The notes beneath the pieces were generated by a model. The model saw nothing but the letters and a program-made list of their open reading frames with translations, was not told the origin of the DNA and searched no databases. DNA of 64,000 nucleotides from Octopus sinensis. Its lineage: Eukaryota. Every line of letters starts with the position of its first letter. The stretch's first letter is position 1. Below are positions 25,555-39,040 of the stretch, piece by piece. The translations under genes were made by a program, and so were the position numbers. The stretch is taken from the NCBI RefSeq assembly GCF_006345805.1, contig NC_043005.1, forward strand, positions 50,158,001 to 50,222,000, written 5' to 3'.

Positions 25555-25619
25555 CGAAAATTTCGAGCTTTTTTCAGCAAGCCCAGACAATTTAGCCCAG
25601 AAGCAGGTATCACAGTTAC
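25555..25619 (-). CDS. Candidate internal exon (phase 1 to 0), product unknown
   Basis: Acceptor 'ttttatgtctgctttacattgcag|', reading xNCDTCFWAKLSGLAEKSSKFS, donor '|gtatag'. Confidence 0.2.
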
Positions 25620-25749
25620 CTGCAATGTAAAGCAGACATAAAAACACAAGCAGTATATCAGTGTGTATAACTGTCTGCCAACTTAGAAATCTATCTACCT
25701 ATCTATACAATCAATCATATCCACTCAACACCCTTCCTATGTAGCTTTC

Positions 25750-25788
25750 TATCTACTTACTTACATAGCTACCTACCTACCTACTTAC

Positions 25789-25864
<76 letters not shown>

Positions 25865-26745
25865 TTGTCTGTCTGTCTGTTTGTCTGTTTGTCTGTCTGT
25901 CTATCTATCTGTCTATCTACCTATCTACTTACCTACTTACTTATCTAGCTATCTGTCTGTCTGTCTCTATCTATCTATCTATCTATCTATCGATCTACTT
26001 ATCTACCTGTCTGTCTATCTATTTTTCTATCTTTGTGTATGCGTGTGTGTACCTGTGTATGTGTTTGTGTACATGTGTATGCATGTGTGTGTATGCATGT
26101 ATGTATGTGTGTGTGTACCTGTGTATGTATGTGGTGTGTGTTATATTCACATTTTGATCATATGATATATTAACAGACTCATATATATATAAATGTATGC
26201 ACACATTTATACATTTAAATTTACACACAGATGCACACACACCTCTATGTTTATGCATTTGCATCTCAATGCACATGCATATTTGTGCCTCTATGAGTGT
26301 GTACAAGTATGTGCTTATACATACACACATACAAAAATTCATACATACATACAAACATACATAATACAAATATATATACATACATACAAACATATATACA
26401 TACATACGTACGTACATACATACATACATATATACATGCATACATACATACATACATACATACATACATACGTACATACATACATACATACATACGTACG
26501 TACATACATACATTCATACATACATACATACATACATGCATACATACATACATACATACATACATACATACATACATACATTCATACATACATACATACA
26601 AACATATATACATACATACATACATACATACATACATACATACATGCATACATACATACATACATACATACATACATACGTACATACATACATACATACA
26701 TACGTACGTACATACATACATTCATACATACATACATACATACAA
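25750..26745. repeat. (TATC)n followed by a long (TACA)n tetranucleotide array
   Basis: Seen directly; source of many spurious ORFs. Confidence 0.9.
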
Positions 26746-27175
26746 AACTATTGAAAAGGTTGCATGATGCAATGAAAATTTTAGAAAAATAAAAAAGAAA
26801 TGAGCAGAAATTTTACCAGTGTGTGTGTTAAATTATAAGGCACTAAAAGAGAATGACTCTCCCCAGACATGGCAGAATACATACATACATACATACATAC
26901 ATACATACATACATACATACATACATACATACATACATACATACATACATACATGCATACATACTGTAAAAATCTGTAAAACTTTCAAAAGTTTATCATT
27001 TAAGTATATATGAGCATGTCTAAACATGAAATTATATGCATGAGGATACATACATAAAACAAAACATACAAATCTGCACACATACATACATACATACATA
27101 TATATACACTCACACACACAGTCACACACACACATATATTAATAATAATAATATGGCAACAAAAGATTTCTTTGT

Positions 27176-27235
27176 CTTAACTGACGAGATGCCAAAGCAG
27201 ACTTCCGCCTCAACATCTGAAACTCTGAGTTTTAC
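27176..27235 (+). ncRNA. HHR-like motif (imperfect)
   Basis: taa-CUGACGA-gatg...catc-U-GAAA-ctctgagU-U-tta. It has an extra U before GAAA and only a 3-bp stem I. Confidence 0.35.
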
Positions 27236-27515
27236 TATGGCAACCGACTAATTTGCCATATATTATATATATGTGTGTATGTGTGTGTATATGTGTATGC
27301 ATGTGTGTGTATGCATGTATGCATGTATGTGTGTATGTACGTATGTATGTATGTGGTGTGTATTCACTTTTCGAACATATGATATATTAACACATTCGTA
27401 TGTATATTAAAGTATGCACACTCATTTATACATTTAAATTTACACACAGAGGCACGCACACCTGTATGATTATGCATGTATATACATTTATAAGTATGTG
27501 TGTCTGTAATATTAT

Positions 27516-27747
27516 ATTTCTTTACTACCCACAAGGAGCTAAACACAGAGGGGACAAACAAGGACAGACAAAGGGATTAAGTCGATTACATCGACCCCAG
27601 TGTGTAACTGGTACTTAATTTATCGACCCCGAAAGGATGAAAGGCAAAGTCGACCTTGGCGGAATTTGAACTTGGAACGTAACGACAGACGAAATACAGC
27701 TACGCATTTCGCCCCGCGTGCTAACGTTTCTGCCAGCTCGCCGCCTT
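27516..27747 (-). mobile_element. SINE family B, young full-length copy
   Basis: CpG-retaining copy: 'aaggcggcgagctggcagaaacgttagc...aagttcaaattccgcc'. Confidence 0.9.
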
Positions 27748-27854
27748 GTGTCTAATATTAATGCATTATTGAATGCAAATACACAGAAACACCTGCAATT
27801 ATTAAAAAACTACATATATTAACATACATGTGTGCCTATGTATGTCCACATTGT

Positions 27855-28930
27855 GTGTGTGTTTCTGCATAGGGAAACATGGACAGTGACTGCTGAGGAC
27901 GTGTGTAGGCTTGAAAGAAATGAAGCTAGTATGCTCTGCTGGATATGTAATGTCAATGTGCATGCACTACAGAGTGTAAGCTTCCTGAGAGAAAAGTTGG
28001 ATATAAGAACCATCAGATGCTGTGTGCAAGAGAGATGACTGTGTATGGATGGTGGAGGAAACCTGTGGAAGAGGTAGACCCAGGAAGACATTGGATAAGG
28101 TGGTAAAGCATGATCTTCGAATGATGGGCCTCACAGAGGCAATGACAAACGACCAAGACCTTTGGAAATATGCCGTGCTTGAGAAGGCCCATCAAGCCAA
28201 GTGAGATCGCAGTTGTGGCCAATGCCAGTGTCATTTAACTGACCCGTTAAAAGCACCTGTGTCAGTGACATATAAAATGCACCATTCAAGCATTGGGTCA
28301 CATGCAGCAATGTCAGGTGGCCAAGACCCTTGGCGATATACCTTGCTTGTACTGACCTGTCAAACTAAGTGAGACCGTAGTCATGGCTGATGCTGGTATC
28401 AGGTCAATGGCTCCCATGCTGGTGGCACATAAAAAGCACTCACTACACTCTTGGCGTAGTTGGTGTTAGGAAGGGCATCCAGCCGTAAGTAGTTGGTTGT
28501 TCCTTCTCGAGCCATTCCTGGCTCATTAGGGCCGGTTTCCTGGTTTCCTTGGCATATAGGTTCCCCACCTGGATGGGACACCAGTCCATCGGAGGTGAGC
28601 TGCAAGATGCAGGAGGAAACAGTAAGAGAAAGTTGTGGCGAAAGAGTCAGCAGAAGTTCGCCATTACCTTCTGCCGGAGCCACGTGGAGCTTAGGTGTTT
28701 CACTCATAAACACACATATTGCCCAGTCTGAGATTTGAACATGCAATCCCTCAACCGCGAGTCTGCTACTCTAACCACTTGGCCATGTGCCTCCACACAT
28801 CCAGTCATAGAAACCATGCCAAATCAGATTGGAACCTGGTGCAGCCCCCGGCTTACCAGTTTTCAGTCAAACCGTCCACCCCATGCCAGCATGGAAAGCG
28901 GATGTCAAACAATGATGATCATGATGATGA
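27855..28930 (+). mobile_element. RTE-clade LINE 3' end with C-terminal ORF remnant
   Basis: ETWTVTAEDVCRLERNEASML...LREKLDIRTIRCCVQER...GRGRPRKTLDKVVKHDLRMMGLTEAMT..DLWKYAVLEK, followed by the 3' UTR found throughout the window. Confidence 0.85.
28488..28797 (-). mobile_element. SINE (family C-related) nested in the RTE 3' UTR
   Basis: 12-bp TSD catccagccgta (28476-28487) / catccagtcata (28798-28809). Confidence 0.8.
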
Positions 28931-30464
28931 TTCATATGTATATATAAGATTGTGTATCTATGTGCATATCTATGTGTTTATTTGATTGCATATTTGTGTG
29001 CATGCATATGTGTATATGATAATGTGCATTGCTGTAGGTAATGTAAATATGTAATTCTGTGTATGTGTGTGTGTAATGAATGTGGGTGTATAATTCTATG
29101 CACGCATGTGTCTAACAACATATATTTATTTTCAGGTATTTCTACAAGCTTCAGTGTTCCATAACGAATTGTTGCAGGTGTTTTGGGATAATATCCAGCT
29201 CTGTTTTTTATGTATTCCCTTAAGCATACCTAAATATACACATATGCGCATGTGCAAGCACACACACATATGCATGCACACACATGTAATGCATACATGT
29301 GAAGAGTGTACCCATACACATGCTTACACACACACACAGACACATACATATACATACACACCAGTATTTATGCCCACTATATATACACACACACATATAC
29401 ATACACCCCACGCCAAACATATATGAAATGCATGCATATGTGATGTGTGTACCCATACACACATGATTACACATACATACACATACATGCACGTATTTAG
29501 CTCCCTCTTACACACACAGAACGCATACATGTGTGATGTGTGTACTCATACACACATGCATACATAGATACCAATAATTATCCATCTACACACACACACA
29601 CACATGCACACACATACACACACATATACACACACAACATGCATACAGGCAATGACTATCAACATCATGGCCACAACTGTATTTCCTACCACAACCGCCA
29701 CCACCAATACCGCTGCCGCCGCCACCACAACCACCACAACCACCACCATCACTACTATCCTCACCATCATGACAAGCCCACCATCATCATCTCTATGGTT
29801 ACCATTACCAACACCACAACAACCAACAGCAGCATCTCATTCATCCCCACCACCACTACTCACCACTCATCACTACCATCATCACTCTTATTACACATCA
29901 CTACACTGGTGGTTCTCAATTGCAGGTCCCAGGGATGCATGCAGCCCTCAAACAACCTTCTGGCAGCCCCCAAAGATCTTTTCTCTATAAATATAATAAA
30001 TTGTTTTTTAAATGACTTGTTTTATTTGCTTCGATGTGGCCTCCTGATAAAAGAAAATCCAGGTTTTGGATCAGGCCTGGATTTTAAAAAGGTCGTGAAC
30101 CATTGCTCTAGACAATCCGCTGATTGGCTAGAAATAGCCAAATCTCACTTAAATCATATTCTATCATCATTGTCATCATCGTTGTCATCGTCATCATCAT
30201 CATCATCATTTAACATCTGTTTTCCATGCTGGCATGGTTGGACAGTTTGATAAAAGCTTACCAGCTGAAGGGCTGTTCAGGCTCCATGTCTGTTTTGGCA
30301 TGGTTTCTTATTTCTTTATTGCCCATAAGGGGCTAAACATAGAGGGGACAAACAAGAACAGACAAAGGGATTAAGTGTACTAGGGGGTCAATCTAATTGA
30401 CTGCCCCCACTCCCCCAAAATTTCTGACCTTGTGCCAAGAGTACAAAAGAATAATCCTTCCTTC

Positions 30465-30670
30465 TATAGGCACAAGGCCTGAAATTTGTGGGAAGGGAAT
30501 AAATTGATTACATCAACCCTAGTGTTTCACTGGTACTTAATTTATCGACCCTGAAAGGATAAAAGACAAAGTCAAGCTTGATAGAATTTGAACTCAGAAT
30601 GTAGCGACAGGCAAAATATTGCTAAGTATTTACTACAGCGTTCTAACAGTTCTGCCAGCTCGCTGCCTAA
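30465..30670 (-). mobile_element. SINE family B
   Basis: 'gtacttaatttatcgaccctgaaagg...gaatttgaactcagaat...tctgccagctcgctgcc'. Confidence 0.75.
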
Positions 30671-31147
30671 TAATGATAATAAACCAACAATGAGTGTGAG
30701 TGCAAGGAAAACATCTGGAAATCTCTGTACTGCATTTGTTTATGCTAGAGGGAGTTTACAGGGAGGCACCTGTTTGTGTGATATGCTTCACTTGGTACTG
30801 AATCATCCATCAGTTGGATGGTTTACTTTCCTTTTTTTTTTTTTACAATAGTTTTAGTTTTGTTTTTTTGATGTTTGTTTTTGTAGCACATTATTGCATT
30901 TTTGTTATTTTATTTTTAGGGACTGGAGAAGATATAGGCAATAGACATGGAGAAAAGAGAGAAGGAAAGAATATGAGGAGGAGGAGGAAGAAGAAGAAAA
31001 AGAAGAACAACAACAACACAACAACAATATAGCAACGACAACAACAGCAAAAAGATGACAAAGAAAAGAAGGTAGATGAAGTACTCTTTTAGCAATCACA
31101 TGATGAAAAAAAAAACAGTTTGTCAAATACTTTCATCAAATCTCTCT

Positions 31148-31740
31148 GTGGAGGTGCGTGGCTTAATGGTTAGGGTGTTGGACTCATGATTGTAAGATTG
31201 TGGTTCTGACTCCTGGTTCAAACACCTCATTTCATATTGCTCTAGTCCACTCAGATGGCAAAAGTGAGTTATCCTGTGATGGACTAGCTTCTTGTCCAGG
31301 TGGGGAATATATATGCCATGAAATTGGGAAAAAAAATGAAAAGTAAGGAAATAAAAGCAGTGATCTATGATAATTTCATTCGCTAAACTGGACATGTTTA
31401 GCTACATTTAAATAGACATAGAATTATGTGTCTACATACGAAGAGAAGAAGAAAAATGTGGTCCTCTGTTGATTTTGATGGCAAAGATTCTAGTTGATCT
31501 GATCAACAGAACAGCCAGCTTGGGAAATTAATGTGCAAGTGGCTGATTACTCCACAGATACGTGTAATCTTAATGCAGTTCTCAGGGAGATTCGGCATGA
31601 CACAGAATGTGACTAGGCTGGCCCTTTGAAATACAGATGCAACTCATTTTTGCCTGGTGAGTGGACTGCAGCAAAATGAAATAAAATGTCTTGCTCAAGA
31701 GCACAACATGTGACCAAGAACTAAACACACGATCATATGA
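31148..31740. mobile_element. Two family C SINEs (31148-31330 on +, 31457-31740 on -)
   Basis: The second is flanked by the 15-bp direct repeat agagaagaagaaaaa (31442-31456, 31741-31755). Confidence 0.7.
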
Positions 31741-32272
31741 AGAGAAGAAGAAAAAACAGTATATAATACTTAACTTTAACTAGATTTAAATCTTCATGAA
31801 TATGCTTTATATTAAGATGGCTGAGAGAAAAGGATCGTTTTTCGTAAACAAAATGCATAATGCTAAACTTTAACAGGATGAGCTTTCACACTATGTTTTA
31901 TTGTGAACAGTAAATAATTAATTCTACTTTGAAAAGCAAAAACTTAAATTATTTTGCTTAATGTAAATTGTTAAGAACCGCAGTAAATGATACAAAATAT
32001 ATCAAGTATATATGTGTTAGTGTGTGTGCATGCATGTGTAAGTGTGTGTGTTGAAGAAATGTTTAGGAATTTACTAGAAATAATTTCTCTTAAATGCTTG
32101 GATGGCTCACTTGCAAGTAATTGGTAAATTTTGTTACCTAGGAGGTGTAATAACAAAAGAAGGTGGTGGTCCTGAAAGTATAGTTGTCAGAGTAAAAGTG
32201 GGCTGGAAGAAATTTTGGGAGCAACTACTCCTGCTGATTGTATGATATATGTTAGGCACATTGTATGATATA

Positions 32273-32657
32273 CTAGCAGTATCGCCCGGTGTTGCTCGGG
32301 TTTGTAAGGGAAATAACTATATAAGCATTATTAGAGAGTTATAGTCAAAAAATAGCAAAAAAATGGAAAAAAAATGATGGTAAATTTTTTTTAGATCGTT
32401 GACTCATCGTAGACATTTTTAGAGAGTTACTTCCCTTGTATAATAGCGAAAAAAATGCATTAAAATGGAAAAAAATGATGGTAAATTTTTTTAAATCGTA
32501 GACTCATTGTAGATGCATGCTAATACCCAGAAGGGCTCGATATGAATCACGACTATAAGATACCCAGTTTTGGTTAAACTGCACCGCAAAATCTGGGAGT
32601 AGTTAGGAATCTAAATTGTAGGAGACAGACACACAAGCTTACTTTTATATATAAAGA
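32273..32657 (-). mobile_element. Non-autonomous Helitron, copy 1
   Basis: Minus strand starts TC and ends with hairpin + CTAG; inserted between A and T with no TSD. Confidence 0.85.
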
Positions 32658-32879
32658 TGTGTTAAGAACTGCAATGCTGCATGGTAGTGAGACATGGGCC
32701 TTGTGAAGACTGTAAAGAAGTAAAGTGAGCATGCCTCATTGGATGTGGAATTTGAATGTGCATGAAAGGCATAGTACAAAGATGCTGAATGAAAACCTGA
32801 ACGTAAGAGGAATCAGATGTGGTGTGCAAGACAGAAAGCTGTGCTGGTATGGACATGTAATGCATATGGATGAGTGAAA

Positions 32880-33278
32880 TCTTTATATATAAACGAGAGG
32901 TTGTGTGCTGTCTGTCTCCTACGATTTAGATTCCTAACTACTCCCACATTTTGCGGTGCAGTTTAACCAAAACCGGGTATCTTATAGTTGTGATTCATAT
33001 CGAGCCCTTCTGGGTATTAGCGCGCATCTACGATGAGTCTACTATTAAAAAAAAAATTTACCATCAATTTTTCCCATTTTTAATGCATTTTTGGCATATA
33101 TAAGGGAAGTAACTCTCTAAAAATTTATTATTAAATCTCAGAACGTAAAAAGCTACAGTAACACCCCCGCCGCTTTGTGGTTAGCCATATTGAGATGGCT
33201 ATTATACTTTACATCTCTAAAAATGCTTATATAGTTATTTCCCTTACAAACCCGAGCAACGCCGGACGATACTGCTAG
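32880..33278 (+). mobile_element. Non-autonomous Helitron, copy 2
   Basis: Starts 'tctttatatataaa' and ends 'cccgagcaacgccggacgatactgctag'; A|T insertion site. Confidence 0.85.
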
Positions 33279-33635
33279 TTGTATAATAAAGTGCTAATCA
33301 TTAAATGTGCATGGAACTTTGAGACATCGTTGATGAAGCAAAACGTAGTACAAAGTGGTGAAAGCTGATCTCAGGATCTTGAACCCCATGGAAAAGATAA
33401 CATAAAATTGAGAGGGCTGGTGATATGTGGTTCTCAAGAAGACCCACCCTAAGTTCATAAAACAGTTCTGGTAGTGCTGCATGTGAATGTGTGTGTGTGT
33501 GCGCACACAAGCGTGTGTGTGTATAAATAACTGGGTCCTCTGCCCAATTTCATTCCTCATTAAGACACCCACCACCATGACCATCACTTCCCACCACCTT
33601 CCTGACAACACATATGTATGTGTGTATATATATAT

Positions 33636-33672
<37 letters not shown>

Positions 33673-33799
33673 ATATAATCATCATCACCATCATCATCAT
33701 TTAACATTCAATGGTAATGATAATGATGAGGATGATATATATTATATATATATATATCATCATCATCATCTTCATCATTTAACATGTTGATGATTATGA

Positions 33800-33835
<36 letters not shown>

Positions 33836-34274
33836 CATATATATATACATACATATATGCATACTTATATACATACATATATATACATATGCGTTTGTGT
33901 GTGTATGTATATATATATTTGTATATTTATATATATATATTCATACATAGAAAATATATATATATATATAATATATATATATATGCACACGTGCATGCAC
34001 ATGCATGTACACACACACACAAGGCAATGATGATACCTTAATTTCACCGAAATGGTTAAATCTTTTTGACATTGCACCCTAATACCTTGGAAATTAAAGT
34101 CTTAGACATATGATGCTTGTAATAAAAGACAGGTCGGCTATCGATGGAACATCTTTGATTACAGATCTGCTTGATTGGAGATGACCTGAGTCTGAACAAC
34201 AACAACAACAACAACAACAACAACCAGCATACTACTATACAACTGGCCATCAAAACTCTCAATCTGTACTACTG

Positions 34275-34313
<39 letters not shown>

Positions 34314-34633
34314 TAATAATAATAATAATTATTATTATCATTATTATTATTATTATTAATATTATTATTATAATGACAACAACATCAGCAACAACAACAA
34401 TAACAACAGCACAACAAAACTGATCAAAACCATAGAAAAAGCTGGAATTAAGCCATTTCGACAGCCTGGACCAGACAAGACCAGTGTAACATAGATTTAA
34501 CTGGTCTGGTCTCTAAAGCTGGCTCTCTTCCAATTATTTCTAACTTTTCGGTCATTTTCTCTCATTGATTCATGAGTACACTTACGTCATTTTTATCTCT
34601 TCGTTAGTCTAATCTACCTTGTTATTCTGGTTA

Positions 34634-34674
<41 letters not shown>

Positions 34675-35094
34675 ATTCTTCAAGCTTATTATGCATAATT
34701 TTGTTTCATTGGTGTATTGGTGTCAGATTTCTGTCTCATTCTGCGTAACACGCCAGCTGAATACTGAATATTCAGAAGCCTGTATACCGCTTCCTATATC
34801 TCTAGCTTCTCTTTCTCACATCATGCAACAACACTAGGTGTTTTTCAAGATTTCCCAGAGTTCATTGTAACAACTACTTCCCATACTGATGAGATAGGGT
34901 TTGTAGCAATGTTTAACCCTGGGTCAACCATAGGATTAAGCAGAGTGATGATCAAAAGTATTCTGGCCATGATAATTCTATTTTGTTTCAAGCATAAAGT
35001 ATCAAGACTACATAATTCAAGGTGTTCCCTTTTTCCAGTTGTATTTCTTCTTTTTTCTCAAAGAACAGTAATGTCTGATTTGGTTTGAACGAAT

Positions 35095-35790
35095 GCTCAT
35101 GGCCTTGTGGTTAGGTTGTTGCACTCTTGAGACTCCCTTAGGTCATGAATGACCATAGGATTGCACCTTGAAAGTTACCCTCCAAAGCACAAGCCTGGAC
35201 AAGGTTCTTTATGGAAGACCAGCAATCGCCCGTGTATACCAGCTTTTTCTCTCCATGCCATTATATGTACATAGGGTAAAGAGTAAAGACCCCCTTCAGC
35301 CATGAATGACCATGGGATTGCACCTAGAAAGTTTATGGAAGACCAGCAGTCACCCATGCATAGCAGCCTCTCTTCTCCATACCACTGGTGTTATCCAAGG
35401 GAAAGTGAAGGCCAATACAGATTGGCACCAGTGATATCCCAACTCATTCTTAAGCTGCATGAACTGGAGCAACATGAAATAAAGTGTCTTGCTCAAGAAC
35501 ACCACACAGCTTGGTCTGGGATTCAAACTCACTAACTCATGATTGTGAGATCAACACTGTAACCACTGAGCCATGTTCCTTCACACACAACTGCAAAATT
35601 GTAAATTTGATTCCTAGGTTAGGTAGTGCATTGTGTTCATGAGCAAGACACTTCATTTCACTTCTGTCCACTCAACTGGAAATCAATAAACCTGCAATGA
35701 ACAGGCATTTGGTTCAGGAAGATTGCATGATCTTAGTGCCTTAGACACAATGGAATCTGAATACCTAACCCTATGAGTCTTGGGACTTGA
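35095..35790. mobile_element. Cluster of family C SINE copies and fragments
   Basis: 35095-35270 and 35270-35585 share the 'atgaatgaccatgggattgcacc' tail with 39041-39370. Confidence 0.7.
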
Positions 35791-36126
35791 GACAGTACTT
35801 ACTGATGTCTGTTTTGAGGGAGATTTGGTTACTAATATGAGCAAGGTGAGTGACTGCATAGGAGTGCAATTCAGTAGTTCAGAAATGAGGTTAGTAACTG
35901 GGAGAACTAATAGAACACTGGATTAAAAGTCTGTAATAATATTTTGCTTTGTCTCTCTCTGGTTTGGCCTTAAAAATCATAGTGATCAGCTTGGTTGACA
36001 GCTTAAGAATTTGGGCATTTTTATCCTTATCAGGCCATAATTTTTGGTAAACAATTCAATGCAGTATATAATGCAAAAATGTGCTGTAAACATTCAAACA
36101 TCATCACTATTTTCTCAAATCCTGTT

Positions 36127-36215
36127 GCATTTCACATAGAATTTTTGGTCTTCCAAAGACATCTTGGTGTATAAGCTGACCTACCTTTTTTTTTTGGTTG
36201 TAAATATTGATCTTA
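36127..36215 (+). repeat. Unclassified dispersed repeat (second copy at 46291-46380)
   Basis: Both carry 'catttcacatagaat(t/a)tttggtcttcca..(a/g).catcttggtgtataag'. Confidence 0.7.
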
Positions 36216-36859
36216 AGAATCTGACTTGTACGCTGGAAAGTATCCTTATCTTCATTGTCATCGTCATCATTGTTGTCATCATCAATGCATTATTAATCCT
36301 TTCTAAGTCAATGATGCATGTATCTCTTATGTACAGGAGTGAATTCAACTGATTATATCAATCTTCAACATAGCTGTCTCCTTGTCCCAAAATAAAGCAA
36401 ACTTATTTTACTTTATCACCAATGGTATACCATGTATACCCTTAAAAACAAAATATGATAATTGGGCAGTCAGGATTTGAATTCAGAATGCAGAGTTGAA
36501 ACCAATACCATGAGGTGAGGTATCTCTTTCAATACACTTAGCATTTTGCCAATCTAGCACTCTGGACTGGTACTCTATTTCTTGACCAAGAATGGATGAC
36601 AAACAAATTTCACCTTGGCAGAATCTGAATTTGGAACACAATGAGTTTCAACAAATACAGTAAGGTAGTGTCTGTCCAACTCTTTAATGAATCAGTCAAT
36701 TTGAAGGTACACAAACACTGGTTTCATAGGATCCAGTGGGTCCAAGTAGAACATTGTTCAATACAAGGGTTGAACTTGGTTACAACACAAAATCCTCAAA
36801 CATACAGCTATCCTTAGATTTATCTAACTATCTATCTTTCTATCAATATATACATTAAT

Positions 36860-36914
36860 AATCTATCTATCTATCTATCTGTCTGTCTGTCTGTCTATCA
36901 GTCTGTCTGTCTAT

Positions 36915-36998
<84 letters not shown>

Positions 36999-37375
36999 AT
37001 AGATATATAGAAACATTGCCAGATAAGACTGGAGCCTGGTGCAGCCTTCTGGCTTCCCAGATCCCCGGTCGAACTGTCCAACCCATGCTAGCATGAAGAA
37101 CGGACGTTAAACGATGATGATGATGATGATGATATATACATACATATGCTACATACATATGCATGTATATATGTATAGATAGATAGATAGTTATATAAGT
37201 ATGTGCGCATGCACACAAACACACTCACAATCACACACAGACACACACACACATCTGCATGTGTGATTTTTCCAATTCACAATTAATTACTCTGAACCTG
37301 GTAAATTTTAATTAGGTTACCCTCTGATTAGGGTTAGAATTAAATCAACTTGGTATTAAATTAATATATAATTTC

Positions 37376-37407
<32 letters not shown>

Positions 37408-37783
37408 ACTTACTTTCTCTCTTTCTTGCATTTTGTCTCTGTCCCTTCTGAAGCTAAAACTACTTGTTTGTGTGTGTGTGTGTGTATGCATGCACACACA
37501 CTTATATAACTATCTATGTGTGTGTATGCGTGTGTGTGTGTGTGTATGTGCGCACGTGCACGCATGCATTTGTGCTTGTATGTGTTTGTGTGTGTTTGTG
37601 AGTGTCTGTATGTTAGAAGAGAGTAGTTACTTTAATGCCCCAGAAAGATTACATCCAGCTGTGTGATCATTAACGCTAGAAGTAGAGTGGTTTGATGCTT
37701 TGAGAGACAGCCAACTGTTCAATCTCATTAATTAATATTGTTTTTGGTGTCTATCTATCAGTCTGTCTCTGTCTGTCTACCTG

Positions 37784-37831
<48 letters not shown>

Positions 37832-37899
37832 CTACCTACCTACCTACCTACCTAACTACCTACCTACCTATCTATCTATCTATCTATCTATCTACCTAC

Positions 37900-37951
<52 letters not shown>

Positions 37952-38110
37952 GTTTTTCCTTAACTGTACCTCTGTTTTTCTCTTTTCTCTTTCACACTCT
38001 CTCTTCTCATTTATGTCTCTCTCTCTCTCTCTTTCTTTCTCTTTCTCTTTCACACTCTCTTTCTCTCTCCCCTTTGCATATTTTCTCTCTCTTTACTCTC
38101 TCTCTCTGAC
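36860..38110. repeat. (TATC)n, (TC)n and (TG)n blocks with an RTE tail fragment at 37010-37130
   Basis: Seen directly. Confidence 0.8.
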
Positions 38111-38999
38111 ACCCACCCCATACAACATATGCATGATTACTCATACATAAACACATACAAATATCTACACATGCACATACACACATAATATCAAACACCA
38201 GAAATTACTATCAAACAATGTGATTAAGCTGGGTTTTTTTTTTTCATATTTATCTTTTTGCTCAGATTAAAGTAAAAAATAGGGGGCAGCCAATAGCCAT
38301 AACACTTGATAGCTTTTATTTCTATATATTATGCATCATATATATAAAAATACAAATGTTTATGAATATATTTGTATAGTAATGAATGTGTATACAGGTG
38401 TAATGCATTTTGATGTACAAACAAGAAAAAGATAATCAATACAAGCTTATATATCTGTTTGAAGATGTTGATTTATCTAGAAATATGTCACCCGAAGCCA
38501 GCACTGATTAGAGGATTAAAGTGGTTGGTATCTATAAGGAGGTGATTGTCACTACAAAAAAAAAAAATAATACTAAATCACAGTAAATACAATTCTATAT
38601 TTTAAGTTAGTAGGTATAGTTATAGTTATATGTATATGCGTAACAGTGAGTAGTTTGATGTATGTATCAGCGTATACTGTCTTCTGTGTTCAATGAGTTA
38701 TATTATATTTGATGATACAGTAATAGATTTATAGATATTACCAGGGTAGGGAGCTACATGGCTGTATATGTATGTATTAACAGAGCAGACTTAAATAGAG
38801 TGCAGATATGCAGATAATTAAGGGGAGAAGGTTTGTTGTTACAAGTTCGAGAGCTGTTTCTGGAGGCTCAGAATTGCTTCATGATGTTGGCAGATGTAGT
38901 TTGTAAAAATGTCAAGGATATGCAACCAGTAGTGGAAGCATACAAACATTAGGTAAACATTAGGCTTCTGTCTTCAAGGTGGAGAGATAGGTGTCTAAC

Positions 39000-39031
<32 letters not shown>

Positions 39032-39040
39032 ATATATATA

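Larger units (their letters stand above)
32120..33460 (+). mobile_element. RTE LINE ORF remnant split by two Helitrons
   Basis: YLGGVITKEGGG...GWKKF...LYD|CVRTAMLHGSETW...GIRCGVQDRKLCWYGHVMHMDE|NCIIKC...KVVKADLRIL. Confidence 0.8.
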
